DNA from: a virus
DNA: 64,000 nucleotides
Virus record (IMG/VR): IMGVR_UViG_3300025087_000641
Coordinates: 41,405 to 105,404 of that record
Strand: one strand, 5' to 3'
A program made the translations under genes and the position numbers. The notes under the pieces are model-generated. The model did not search any database and was not told where the DNA came from. It worked only from the letters and a program-made list of their open reading frames with translations. Shown here one piece after another: positions 47,826 to 57,070 of the stretch. The stretch's first letter is position 1. Each line of letters begins with the position of its first letter.

Positions 47826-48809
47826 ATGTCTTATCATGTCCCTAATACAACAATAATCTGTGAACAGTGCGGAAAAGAATTTTCATACTATAAGGTTGCA
47901 TCTGTAAAGATGCGACATTTCTGTAGTTGTGAATGTCATGGCATTTCAATAAGAAGGGGATGGTCAAAAAAGGCTTGTGCCATATGCGGAAATGAATATA
48001 TTTCAAAGAATTCAGACAAAAAGTATTGCAGAAGAACCGCATGTAGTATCGGATGTGCCATAAAATTAGCACGACTAGAGAATAAGGAAAAAATCAACGA
48101 GAAACTATTTTGGAATGAGGCTAGAAAGTCATTTCTTGTTGAAAATTATGCCCTTCTTGGGAAAAAATTATGTGCCGAGAAACTGGGATGTTCTGAAAAA
48201 GCCATAGGTGCACAAGTGCATAGGCTTGGATTGAGTCTTCCGCTAGATATTGCCCAAAAGAATAGAGCAGATGCACTTCGTGAACACCGAAGGGTAAACG
48301 GCCACCCAATGAAAAATCCAGAGATTGCAAGGCGAGGCCGCGAAACATGGCTCAAAAATGTCGGTGAGGTTGGACAAGAGGCTGAAAGGCAAAGACTCAT
48401 AAAAATGTCCAGAGAAATTAGATTGAAAAAATCCTCAAAACTTCAAGAGTCCGTCAGGGATAAACTGCTCACCATAGGATTGGATTTTGAATATGAATTC
48501 ATATTGAATGGGAATTTCATTGTTGATTTTGCATTCCCCAGTAAGAAATTTATTGTACAGATTGATGGATGTTACTGGCATGGGCATTCCTGTAGAAACA
48601 AAGAATTGACAAGTGGTCAAATTTCACAAATCAAGCGGGACGCCTCACAAGATAAATATTGCGAGGTATGTGGATGGATGGTTTTGAGAATATTTGAGTG
48701 TGAGATACACAGGGATTGGACATCATGTCTGGACAAAATATTTTCATGCTTGGGAAAGCCAGCACCTACACCCACTCTGGCACTTAAAATCCCCCGGAAC
48801 GCGCTGTGA
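47826..48809 (+). CDS. Zn-finger plus DUF559/Vsr-like endonuclease, antisense
   Basis: CEQCGKEF, FCSCEC; FIVDFAFPSKKFIVQIDGCYWHGH; GWMVLRIFE. Confidence 0.85.
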   Translation: MSYHVPNTTIICEQCGKEFSYYKVASVKMRHFCSCECHGISIRRGWSKKACAICGNEYISKNSDKKYCRRTACSIGCAIKLARLENKEKINEKLFWNEARKSFLVENYALLGKKLCAEKLGCSEKAIGAQVHRLGLSLPLDIAQKNRADALREHRRVNGHPMKNPEIARRGRETWLKNVGEVGQEAERQRLIKMSREIRLKKSSKLQESVRDKLLTIGLDFEYEFILNGNFIVDFAFPSKKFIVQIDGCYWHGHSCRNKELTSGQISQIKRDASQDKYCEVCGWMVLRIFECEIHRDWTSCLDKIFSCLGKPAPTPTLALKIPRNAL

Positions 48810-51053
48810 TGTTGCGCTAAGATATTCAGAAAACGATTCATATAATCTTCCCGCCTCATCGTGGTATATTGGACAGTCCGTACAATGTTGTGCCTGTGGG
48901 TCAAGGAATGCCTTGATGGGCTTATTATTTTCTTTTGCATCTAGCCCAACACCCCAATTGTAAAGGTTCCAGTATTCCGTTGCATAGGATTCTACCCTAG
49001 ATTCTACCGTGAATAAAACCGCCCTTAATGTTTCCTCGCCCGCGCCCGAAGAGATAGCAAGTAGAATGTCTGGATCATCAAATGCCCTCTGTAATTTGGT
49101 AGCAATGGCAGGAATAAGACTGGTGGCAAGATAGGTTTCATTGCTTCTAAGTGCCTCTGCCAACTTGTCTACCAATTCTGGCGATTGCCCATTATTGCCA
49201 ACTGCAATGTCAATTGCGTTCGGCAGAGTTTTTCTGCCAAGCGCAATCAATAGAACTAATAGAATGGCGAGTCTTTCATCTGTAATGCGTTTACGACTTT
49301 CTGCATCTTTGGCATCTGCAAGACTTTTAGCAGTTTCATCCGTCCAATCCTCATAGGTCTCGGCTAATTCCCCCTGATAGGCATTTGTCGCTATAGTTTG
49401 CTTGTTTTTTCTACCCCTCCCGCCCCCGCGAGTATCCGAGAGTTTTGTGTTCTCAAACACTGTCTTGATTTCCGTTTCAGTCTTGTCACACTCCAGTAAT
49501 CCGCCACGAATGGCATGATAGAGTCTTGGGGGCAGGACTTCGCTTTTGAATGAGTACAGACCGGGATTGCGCCCAGCAACAGACTCTTTTGTGGCAACCT
49601 TCCGCCAACGATTTAGTTCTGTGCGTATGCCCTCGTCAATGGCGGCTTGTGGCAATTCGGGTATATCCTTTGCCGCATCTGACAATTGATTGACTGGCGC
49701 ATCAGATTCCGACATCGCCGCATTGGGTGAAGGGAGGCGTCTTGGTGATTTCGGATCGTTCCCCCCCTTGCCCCCCGGCGCAGTTCCCACAACAGAAAGT
49801 CCTTTTAGCGCAGAAACATAGGCAGGATCAGTCGCTAGTGGAACTGGCAAATTTCCAATCTCGTCATCCTCATACGGGGGTAACATCAAGTCCTGCCGCG
49901 CCTCATTGAACTTCTTGACTCGCCAGTAGACATTCCTCTCTTGCACGTTCAATGCACGGTCTTGTGTTCGGATGTCATCGAACTCATAAACCAAATCCTC
50001 GCCATAGAATCTGTGAAGTGCCTGTACGGAGATTTGTCCAGCAACGAGTCTGTGAGTCGGGTGGATAATGGTGTCTTGGAACATGCGGTATCTCTGCCTA
50101 AGTTCCGACTCTGTCTGCTTGCCATGTAATTCGTATCCTAGGAACACCACATCAATCTCGTCGCGGGTGAACTCTCTCTGCCCAATCAACTCCATTTCTT
50201 TTTGGGTGAGTCCAAGTGTGGTTGCCTTGACATCACCCGCCCGCGTGATAATTACCTTCTGTTCCTCCTCGAAGTCGTGGCGAATCTGTGCGCTTAGGGA
50301 TATGAAATCCCGTTCCCCCGTTTCTTCTGGTAGCGATATGATGCTTCTCGGCATACCTCTACCAGAGACATATGTATCTCTCTGAAACTTTCCTGTTCCG
50401 ATTTCGGTTTCCATTGCCAACAATGCGGCATTGAGGGGGACTTCGCCATCCAATAGAGTGAATGGATTGGGAAACTGAAAATGCACAACATATTCTGGGA
50501 GAATAATCTTGCTTTGTCCTGACAGCGTGGTGTATTGGTATCCACGAAGCATCTTCTCCTTGTCTGGAATGGGCTTGACTCTATCTGCCGGAATGGGCCA
50601 GATTTCAACAATCTCTTTCGCATTCCCCGCCGCTGGTGCTAAGAACCAATAGGCATTACCCTTCAATTGCATCCACTTGATAGTGTAAATCCACAGGAAC
50701 GACAAATCCATCTTGTCGTTTGGCTTACGCAAAAGCAATTCAAATGGATGGTTCTTTATACTGTTGAGTTGTTCACCTTCTATTCGTTTGACTTCGCCAT
50801 TTGCAGAGGAGAATGTATTGGCAAAGAGTCTGATGTCCGAGTATATCCAACTGACAGTAACCGCAATTCTGCGCTTTTGGTCATCTGCCAATTTGGTAAA
50901 CGGGTCGCCGTCTGATACGTTTGACAGGAACATTGATACAAGTTGCCTGTCCTGTGTATCTAGTTGCTGAGTCTTCCATGTGTTTGCAGCGAAAGCCGCC
51001 CGCTGGATACCCCACTGCACTAATCCATCTATCAACCCAAGTTTTTTAGCCAT
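48744..51053 (-). CDS. Portal protein with C-terminal MuF-like head-morphogenesis domain
   Basis: HPFELLLRKPN, LKGNAYW, EIWPIPADRV, VVHF..PNP, NEAR..L.LPP; C-terminal HCTDCP..CQSGCRC. Confidence 0.88.
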   Translation of the reverse strand: MAKKLGLIDGLVQWGIQRAAFAANTWKTQQLDTQDRQLVSMFLSNVSDGDPFTKLADDQKRRIAVTVSWIYSDIRLFANTFSSANGEVKRIEGEQLNSIKNHPFELLLRKPNDKMDLSFLWIYTIKWMQLKGNAYWFLAPAAGNAKEIVEIWPIPADRVKPIPDKEKMLRGYQYTTLSGQSKIILPEYVVHFQFPNPFTLLDGEVPLNAALLAMETEIGTGKFQRDTYVSGRGMPRSIISLPEETGERDFISLSAQIRHDFEEEQKVIITRAGDVKATTLGLTQKEMELIGQREFTRDEIDVVFLGYELHGKQTESELRQRYRMFQDTIIHPTHRLVAGQISVQALHRFYGEDLVYEFDDIRTQDRALNVQERNVYWRVKKFNEARQDLMLPPYEDDEIGNLPVPLATDPAYVSALKGLSVVGTAPGGKGGNDPKSPRRLPSPNAAMSESDAPVNQLSDAAKDIPELPQAAIDEGIRTELNRWRKVATKESVAGRNPGLYSFKSEVLPPRLYHAIRGGLLECDKTETEIKTVFENTKLSDTRGGGRGRKNKQTIATNAYQGELAETYEDWTDETAKSLADAKDAESRKRITDERLAILLVLLIALGRKTLPNAIDIAVGNNGQSPELVDKLAEALRSNETYLATSLIPAIATKLQRAFDDPDILLAISSGAGEETLRAVLFTVESRVESYATEYWNLYNWGVGLDAKENNKPIKAFLDPQAQHCTDCPIYHDEAGRLYESFSEYLSATSQRVPGDFKCQSGCRCWLSQA

Positions 51054-51125
51054 TCCTCGTTGCCCCTTTGCTATTCCTCATAGCCTATCGGGTATTTGTA
51101 CAAATTTGACTAATCCAGTGTCTTT

Positions 51126-51376
51126 CTAGGGAAGTCCATAGTCTTTCTTGTATTTCTCATTCTTTCTCATACATTCATCGCAGACAACATTCTCATTGTC
51201 CGACTCTCTTACAACCCCCATATTCCAACCATGCGATAGAACCCAGAAGTACCCATGCTTGATTCCAGTCCGTGTACTGTTTCGTGGCATCTGTCGCACA
51301 CCACGGAAACACTTTTCAGTTTGTGGTGGTTGCCATAGTCTCTAAAGCCATCTGGGATATTGCTTTTGTGGCTCAT
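51126..51376 (-). pseudogene. Small Zn-binding gene apparently split by a frameshift
   Basis: MSHK..VCDRC..TSGFY..IWG stops early; the adjacent frame continues VVRESDNENVVCDECM..YGLP; junction at or before a G5 run. Confidence 0.4.
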
Positions 51377-52788
51377 ACAAACTCCAGCATGGCAATCCGA
51401 CTACTGCGGATTGACGGGATCAAATAGCGAGTTGTGTCTGCATAATGGAAGGCGTTTTTGTTGTAAATCTCGTCTGTGGGATTGCCGGAATTGTCGTACT
51501 TGCGCCGATACAACAGCATATCGTTTTGGATTCCGGGCAAATCGTCAAAGAAGAACAAGTTGTTCTGTTTGATGTGTGAGTAGACAATGTTGATTCCCAA
51601 CCAGACATCTGCAATCTTTGGCAGTTTCACGGATAGTCCGCCGTCTCTAAATTCTTGTCGCCATTGACCCTCTGCCTTTGCGCCTCCCCAACACAGAGGA
51701 AGCATGTTTTCAGATTCCACCATTGCCTCAACGTGCTCTTTCGCGCTTCTTCCGCCCGCCTTGTATTCCCGATAGCAATACAGTTTTCTACTCCTTGGAT
51801 CTTCTGCCCAGAATGTCGCCACAGTGTTGACAGCGCCAAAGTCCAATCCCATGTATCTCTGCCATGTGGCGTCTATCTCAAATCTTGGAATGAAATGTAA
51901 ATCCTCATTGAGGCAGTCGTAGATCATGTGGCGAGGCCGACTGATTCTGCCTCGGTAGAACATATTGAACAAGTCATCTGGGAGTTTTTCTTTGGCGTCG
52001 TTCCACTCCTCAATTGAGAATTCTGGATTGACAATTGAATCGTACTGAATTAGCGTGCAATCCTCTTTCTCGCTTTCTGTAATGTCTATCTCCGCCCCAT
52101 TAGGCATTGACTCTGTTCTAGTAATGCCGGTTTTGATTACGGGGTCTATCAGTTCACTTTTCAGCCAGCCCAAATTATAAAGTGTCGTGGAAATTAGTTT
52201 CCTGCCGCGATTGAGGGCCAACCGACGATTGATAGCGCGATATGCCTCTAGTGGGAATTCATCCTGTCCCGCCTCATCCAAACATGCCGCTTTTGCAGTT
52301 GCGCTTTCAAGACCTCCCAGAGATTGGGCAGACCTCAGAATGATACGTCCCCACATTGTATCTGTGGACTTCTCTGCCCAATACTCGCCAGTCTTTGGGT
52401 CTTTCAGTTCTATTATTTTGTCGCCCGCCCAAAACCTGCCCCATCCAAGAATATCCTCAAAGACCTTGAGAACTTCCGGCAAGAACTTCAACTTGAATAG
52501 GTCAAACGATGAGGTTACAGCAATATAGTCGCCAGTACCTTTTAGTTGTATTTCGCGCTTAAGCCACCACGGTAGCCACGAGGTCTTCCCAGATTGACTC
52601 CCGGCTGAGAGTACAATGGTTCGTCGCGTACTATCATATCCAACCGATTGAGCAAGATGAAATGGTACGGGCTTTCCGTCTTTACCAATGATGTGTCTAT
52701 CGGGCCAGTCTACTTGCTTGATTTTAGACTTGGCACGGGCTTGTTCTAACCTATCCAGTATTGCTCTGTTCTGTAGTTGCTCCAACAT
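51373..52788 (-). CDS. Terminase large subunit
   Basis: AGSQSGKT Walker A, ACLDEAG Walker B, MGLDFG RNase H-like nuclease, HYADTTRY. Confidence 0.92.
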   Translation of the reverse strand: MLEQLQNRAILDRLEQARAKSKIKQVDWPDRHIIGKDGKPVPFHLAQSVGYDSTRRTIVLSAGSQSGKTSWLPWWLKREIQLKGTGDYIAVTSSFDLFKLKFLPEVLKVFEDILGWGRFWAGDKIIELKDPKTGEYWAEKSTDTMWGRIILRSAQSLGGLESATAKAACLDEAGQDEFPLEAYRAINRRLALNRGRKLISTTLYNLGWLKSELIDPVIKTGITRTESMPNGAEIDITESEKEDCTLIQYDSIVNPEFSIEEWNDAKEKLPDDLFNMFYRGRISRPRHMIYDCLNEDLHFIPRFEIDATWQRYMGLDFGAVNTVATFWAEDPRSRKLYCYREYKAGGRSAKEHVEAMVESENMLPLCWGGAKAEGQWRQEFRDGGLSVKLPKIADVWLGINIVYSHIKQNNLFFFDDLPGIQNDMLLYRRKYDNSGNPTDEIYNKNAFHYADTTRYLIPSIRSSRIAMLEFV

Positions 52789-53302
52789 CGGTTGGGGTAA
52801 GTTCCTTGAATTCCCCCTCTATGAGTTCTTCTTGTGGTGCTTCTATCATCTTCGCCACTTCGGAGTAAAGTTCTTTTGGCAATGCCTCTTCTAGTGCCTC
52901 TTGTGTAATCTCGCCACGCCGAAGCATTCCGAGGGCAACCACTCTCCAGTCTTTGTCGTAATTGTGAATCTCCTTGCGCTCACTCCACCTGTCTGGGAAA
53001 CGACGCGCAAGGAACTTGAGTCCTATCTCCGCGTCATCCATTGATTTGGCGCGGATGTTTTCAACTATCTCAACTTCACAGGCAGCCTCCGCCTCCCGAA
53101 TTTGGTCAATGAATGCAATGAGTTCGGGGGGCGGAGGTTCTGGATTGAGTCTATCCTTGTATTCTGCCCACTTCACCCATTTTGCATAGGTGGAGGGATG
53201 AATACCAACCGCACGGCAAGCCACTCTGATGTGGTTGCCGTTGCGGATGAATTCCAGCAGAGTAGATTGTGTTTTTGGGTCTGCCCAGAGAGGTTCAATC
53301 AC
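52751..53302 (-). CDS. Terminase small subunit-like protein
   Basis: IRNGN...ACRAVGIHPSTY..W HTH; LARRFPDRW; overlaps terL. Confidence 0.75.
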   Translation of the reverse strand: MIEPLWADPKTQSTLLEFIRNGNHIRVACRAVGIHPSTYAKWVKWAEYKDRLNPEPPPPELIAFIDQIREAEAACEVEIVENIRAKSMDDAEIGLKFLARRFPDRWSERKEIHNYDKDWRVVALGMLRRGEITQEALEEALPKELYSEVAKMIEAPQEELIEGEFKELTPTDVGATTEQSNTG

Positions 53303-53306
53303 TCAA

Positions 53307-53531
53307 TTACTTGAATAGCCCAAAACGCTTGCCCAATCCATGCACACCAGATGTGCCTAGCCACGCCAGAATTGCCGCATAGATAGCCGCCAGCAATGCA
53401 TCATTGGTCGGAATGTCGCCAAGCAATCTGGCAATGTAGAGTCCTAAAATTGTGGTCGCTAGAACCACAGTCTTTTGACTCACAAGAAGATTCTTGAGCC
53501 ATTCCAAGAGAAGTTTTAGATAATCAGACAT
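53307..53531 (-). CDS. Holin-like two-TM protein
   Basis: Two hydrophobic segments and a basic C-terminus. Confidence 0.55.
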   Translation of the reverse strand: MSDYLKLLLEWLKNLLVSQKTVVLATTILGLYIARLLGDIPTNDALLAAIYAAILAWLGTSGVHGLGKRFGLFK

Positions 53532-53649
53532 TTGTTTTCTCCATTCTAGTGAATTGTTGTTATGTCCAGTTATTCTATTCGCTTTTTATGAAAAGTCAAG
53601 GGATGAATCTGATACTTGACAACACCACGAAAATGCTGTATATAGATAA

Positions 53650-53740
53650 AGTGTCTGTTGTGGCGGTAGATGTGTCAGCGTACTTGCAACGCCACAACTC
53701 CTCCTCTCTGGGCGACTCTGAATGAGTCGCCCGCTTTATT
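53650..53740 (+). ncRNA. Putative ~90-nt small RNA
   Basis: Promoter TTGACA-N17-TATATA (53616-53644); hairpin GTTGTGGCG/CGCCACAAC; single-stranded CTCCTCCT; terminator GGGCGACTC/GAGTCGCCC. Confidence 0.55.
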
Positions 53741-53794
53741 GTCTAGTACCGTTTTCCTATTGCGCCGTGTACAAATTTGTATAAAATAATAGTC

Positions 53795-54167
53795 GCTGGC
53801 TTGGCTTGAAAGAGTCTTTGCCGGTGTGTCTGTGAGAGAACGCGAGGAGAGTCCGTCTACATAAGACGTAAGTAGCAGGCGGTGGAACCGTAGCGAAATG
53901 TGAGGCTTGCTCGTTGGCCGGAGTAATGCGCCCTGAAAGGCGTCAAAACGGCGTCGGCATCGCAAGACTCAGTGACTCGGCTCTGAATGTGGTCACGCTA
54001 GAAATAGATGTTTCCACCACAGACAAAATTGTAATGGGCGAGTACAAAGGCGTGGAGCCTGTGTGTCAGGGCGCGAAAACCACTCATCCATTGCAACAAA
54101 ATTGAAGTCATACGGGAAGTGGATTGTCTGTTGGACTGTACAGATTGGCAAAATTGAATGAGCCAGC
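53795..54167 (+). ncRNA. Putative large pseudoknotted non-coding RNA (~375 nt)
   Basis: Own promoter, closing helix GCTGGCTT/GAGCCAGC, more than 10 helices including three long-range pairings; no convincing ORF. Confidence 0.7.
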
Positions 54168-54296
54168 AGTATCCTGGGCAGAAGTACAGACATGCAATTC
54201 TGCGATACCCGTCAACCCCATGTTGTGTGAGGCTGGACTATGGAGTTTTCTGAGCATGGCAGAAGACTCCACCATATATAAGAGAGGATAATCAGA

Positions 54297-54710
54297 ATGG
54301 CAGCAGGACTCCAAATCTCAGTAGACCAAAGCCTCGTTGAGCCAATTGTTCGGGCAGAAATTGAATCTGCTATTGTCTCGCAACTCAACAATGTCCCAGA
54401 CCTCGTATCCAAACTTGTGCAAGCGGCAATGGCCGACAAGGTAGACGAACGGGGAAATAAGGGAAGATATGACAGCGATAATAAGTATTTGTTCATTGAT
54501 GTGCTTTGTCGTAATGCAATCCAGTCTGCCGCAAAAGAGGCGATGACAAAGTATATTGCCGAACACTCCACAGAACTCCAAGACGAAATCCGAAAGCAGA
54601 TTGAAAAACAGAAGTCAGGACTTGCAAAAGTCTTTGTAGAATCTCTTGTTGGCTCAATCAAGACGGCTTGGCGATTTAGCGTTGATATTCGCCTTCCAGG
54701 ACAGGAATAG
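54297..54710 (+). CDS. Hypothetical helical protein
   Basis: RBS GAGG; 137 aa. Confidence 0.7.
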   Translation: MAAGLQISVDQSLVEPIVRAEIESAIVSQLNNVPDLVSKLVQAAMADKVDERGNKGRYDSDNKYLFIDVLCRNAIQSAAKEAMTKYIAEHSTELQDEIRKQIEKQKSGLAKVFVESLVGSIKTAWRFSVDIRLPGQE

Positions 54711-55013
54711 TGGCACAGACAGAAGAAACCTTACAAACTGAATGCGCGGCGGGTGGCATGGAAATAGTCCGCCTTAATCGGTCACATCTGGACGACCCGC
54801 CCGCACAGTGGCCCGCAAGACGTGAAGCCTGCGCGTTCAACGGAGTCATGCTCCGGGGATGTCGCTCGCCGTCCGCGCGGCGGCGGGTCATGCTGTGGGC
54901 AAGGCGTCGTCTGTGGCGACTTGACGTAGATACAAACGTGAAACGGCCCACGACCCCGGCGGGCGCGGAACCGCCGGTACTTTGCCAACCCGGACAAGAA
55001 TAATGGCACAGAC
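54696..55013 (+). other. GC-rich structured insert flanked by 25-bp imperfect direct repeats
   Basis: CCAGGACAGGAATAGTGGCACAGAC (54696-54720) and CCCGGACAAGAATAATGGCACAGAC (54989-55013), 22/25 identical. Confidence 0.65.
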
Positions 55014-55326
55014 TCTTGAAACAAAGAAGGCACTATTGCGCGACAAATATCTGTGCCTGTGGTGCTTATGGCGTTTAGATAGGCAAAGAAATGTATTTCA
55101 ACCAGTTCAGAACTATCATCCAAAACTTGGCGGGGGACACCACTTGCTTCGCAGAAACAGAGTTGATGACGCAAGGGCAATATGTGGGTTGTGTGCCGAA
55201 CACCACTACAATGTTGAGAATGCACACGGCGAACCAACGAAAGACCAGTTGATTGACCTCATGTACGAAGTCTACGGCTATAACTTGAGAGAGTTGTGGC
55301 CGCAATTCATAAAACCGAAAGGATAA
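55003..55326 (+). CDS. Small HNH-like nuclease
   Basis: RDKYLCLWC..GHHLLRR..ICGLCAEHH. Confidence 0.6.
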   Translation: MAQTLETKKALLRDKYLCLWCLWRLDRQRNVFQPVQNYHPKLGGGHHLLRRNRVDDARAICGLCAEHHYNVENAHGEPTKDQLIDLMYEVYGYNLRELWPQFIKPKG

Positions 55327-55330
55327 CAGA

Positions 55331-55552
55331 ATGGCAAGCAAGAAGGCAAAGCGACAGTTCCCCAAGACTATCTATTTGGACTGGGCAGAGGGAACACAAG
55401 ATGAAGACGACTATTTCAACACCTATGAAGACGTGAATGAAATGGTGAATGCTCTGGATGATGAAACCCTTGCGACTGAGGTAATTGCTGTTTATGAACT
55501 GAAATATGTCGCAACGGTTGAGAAAAAGATTGTTTTGATTCCAAAGAAGTGA
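55331..55552 (+). CDS. Hypothetical protein
   Basis: RBS AGGA; coupled series. Confidence 0.6.
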   Translation: MASKKAKRQFPKTIYLDWAEGTQDEDDYFNTYEDVNEMVNALDDETLATEVIAVYELKYVATVEKKIVLIPKK

Positions 55553-55825
55553 ATGAATCAGTATCGCCGTGGCGCAAGAGTCGAAAGGTTACTCAGAAAG
55601 AAACTTGAATCTGAGGGATATTACGTTGTGAGGTCTGCTGGCAGCAAGGGAGCGGTTGATCTCGTGGCGTGGAATGAGAATGATTATCTTGCCATTCAAG
55701 TGGCATTAATTGGCGTAAAAACCAAGCGCGATTTTGAAAGACTCTGTTCTATATCTACTGGCCCATACATGACTCGCTGTATGTACGAATACGACAGGGG
55801 AGAATGGAAGGTGACATGCGTATGA
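55553..55825 (+). CDS. Hjc-like Holliday junction resolvase
   Basis: G.R.ER..L...[18 protein letters not shown]. Confidence 0.75.
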   Translation: MNQYRRGARVERLLRKKLESEGYYVVRSAGSKGAVDLVAWNENDYLAIQVALIGVKTKRDFERLCSISTGPYMTRCMYEYDRGEWKVTCV

Positions 55826-55934
55826 ATGATTTTGTCAATGCGCTCCCGCAAGTCATTCTTGGAACTGTGTACTCCTGCTTACTTATCCTCGCCTTGCTTG
55901 CGGCACAAGAGATTCTAGAGAGGATGAGATTGAA

Positions 55935-56132
55935 ATGACAAGAGTTCAATACAAGAATTGGAAGTCTGAAATTGCATGGCTGAGACGAGAGGCAAAGAAA
56001 TGCCTCGATTTACAGAGAATCCATGCCTCATATAGAAACCTGGATGCCGCCCGCGACTTTGAGGCGTTGCACAAATCCTTATTGGCTCGCGCTGATTCTC
56101 TTGAAGTTGCCAAGGGCGCAGTTCAACAGTGA
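55935..56132 (+). CDS. Hypothetical protein
   Basis: Coupled ORF. Confidence 0.5.
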   Translation: MTRVQYKNWKSEIAWLRREAKKCLDLQRIHASYRNLDAARDFEALHKSLLARADSLEVAKGAVQQ

Positions 56133-56416
56133 CCATGCTCTATCTGTGTAAGCAGTGTTCTAAAGCATGGTGGGTAACGCTACAAGAGAAGGACTTGTAT
56201 CATATTGTCGGAACAAGTCCAGAAGTCTACAATGGGGTGGTTGAGAAAACTGACATTGCCAGCATCGTTGAGTTCGTCACTCGTGGTGTAACCCCCACAG
56301 AAGTCATCCCCATATCCGAATATCAAGAGTTTGAAGTTGCATCCTCTCGCCCAATCTGTCCTGCTTGCGCTGGTGATCTAACCGAAACATATGTCGCCAA
56401 CATCTACCCAAACTGA
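56129..56416 (+). CDS. Zn-ribbon hypothetical protein
   Basis: CKQC...CPAC. Confidence 0.55.
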   Translation: MTMLYLCKQCSKAWWVTLQEKDLYHIVGTSPEVYNGVVEKTDIASIVEFVTRGVTPTEVIPISEYQEFEVASSRPICPACAGDLTETYVANIYPN

Positions 56417-56420
56417 AAAA

Positions 56421-56687
56421 ATGAATTACAATCTCTATCCACAACTCCCGAAGCCAAGTGCAACATTGTGCTCTTTCGGCACTCTCGCAATTGACAACAA
56501 TGTGGCATATTTCTTCACGCATAATGGCAAAGTCCTCCACGCCTCATTATCCAAGCCGGATGTCATATTCATAAATCCAGACGGTATTATGCTAAAAGGA
56601 TATGAGTCTGATGGATTTGACAAGACGGGCAGGGAGAAGTTCAAGTACCAGGAATGGTTCTGTAGATATTCACATGGAGAGGAATGA
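56421..56687 (+). CDS. Hypothetical protein
   Basis: Coupled ORF; start MNYNLYP. Confidence 0.55.
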   Translation: MNYNLYPQLPKPSATLCSFGTLAIDNNVAYFFTHNGKVLHASLSKPDVIFINPDGIMLKGYESDGFDKTGREKFKYQEWFCRYSHGEE

Positions 56688-56854
56688 CGAAATCTCTGCC
56701 CTTATGCGAGAGATAGCCGAATATAGAGTAAGACGCCAGATATATCGCCACACACGCGATGTGGGGTCTGACGATATGCTAGGCCATTACGTCTACGAAA
56801 ACAAGAAGAAGATGCTTGCCGAGCAGGGGAAAGTTCTGATGGATTTGAAGAAAT

Positions 56855-57070
56855 CTATCTCAAAAAGGGTGTTCGTCTTGCATAGAATGCAGGGGGTTTT
56901 GATACCTTCTTACCGCGAGTTTTTTTGCATTCCGCAATGTGCTGTTCATAATAGAATTCCGTAATTCTCCTCCCGCAATATTCGCAAGTATAGCAACATG
57001 CCATGACATGAAGAATGTCTTTATTAATGTGGCATTGACAGCGGCAGTATTCCCAGTCACGGATTGTCAT
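56855..57070 (-). CDS. Cys/His-rich small protein
   Basis: CRCQCH..H..ACC..CEYC. Confidence 0.5.
   Translation of the reverse strand: MTIRDWEYCRCQCHINKDILHVMACCYTCEYCGRRITEFYYEQHIAECKKTRGKKVSKPPAFYARRTPFLR

Noticed and set aside
53844-54030. Canonical RNase P RNA
   Set aside because: Only a P4-like echo; the order and identity of the other conserved regions do not match. Left as unclassified ncRNA.
54241-54273. CTCCACCA as a tmRNA/tRNA 3' end
   Set aside because: No T-arm (GTTCGA) precedes it; the sequence is the 3' arm of a local hairpin.
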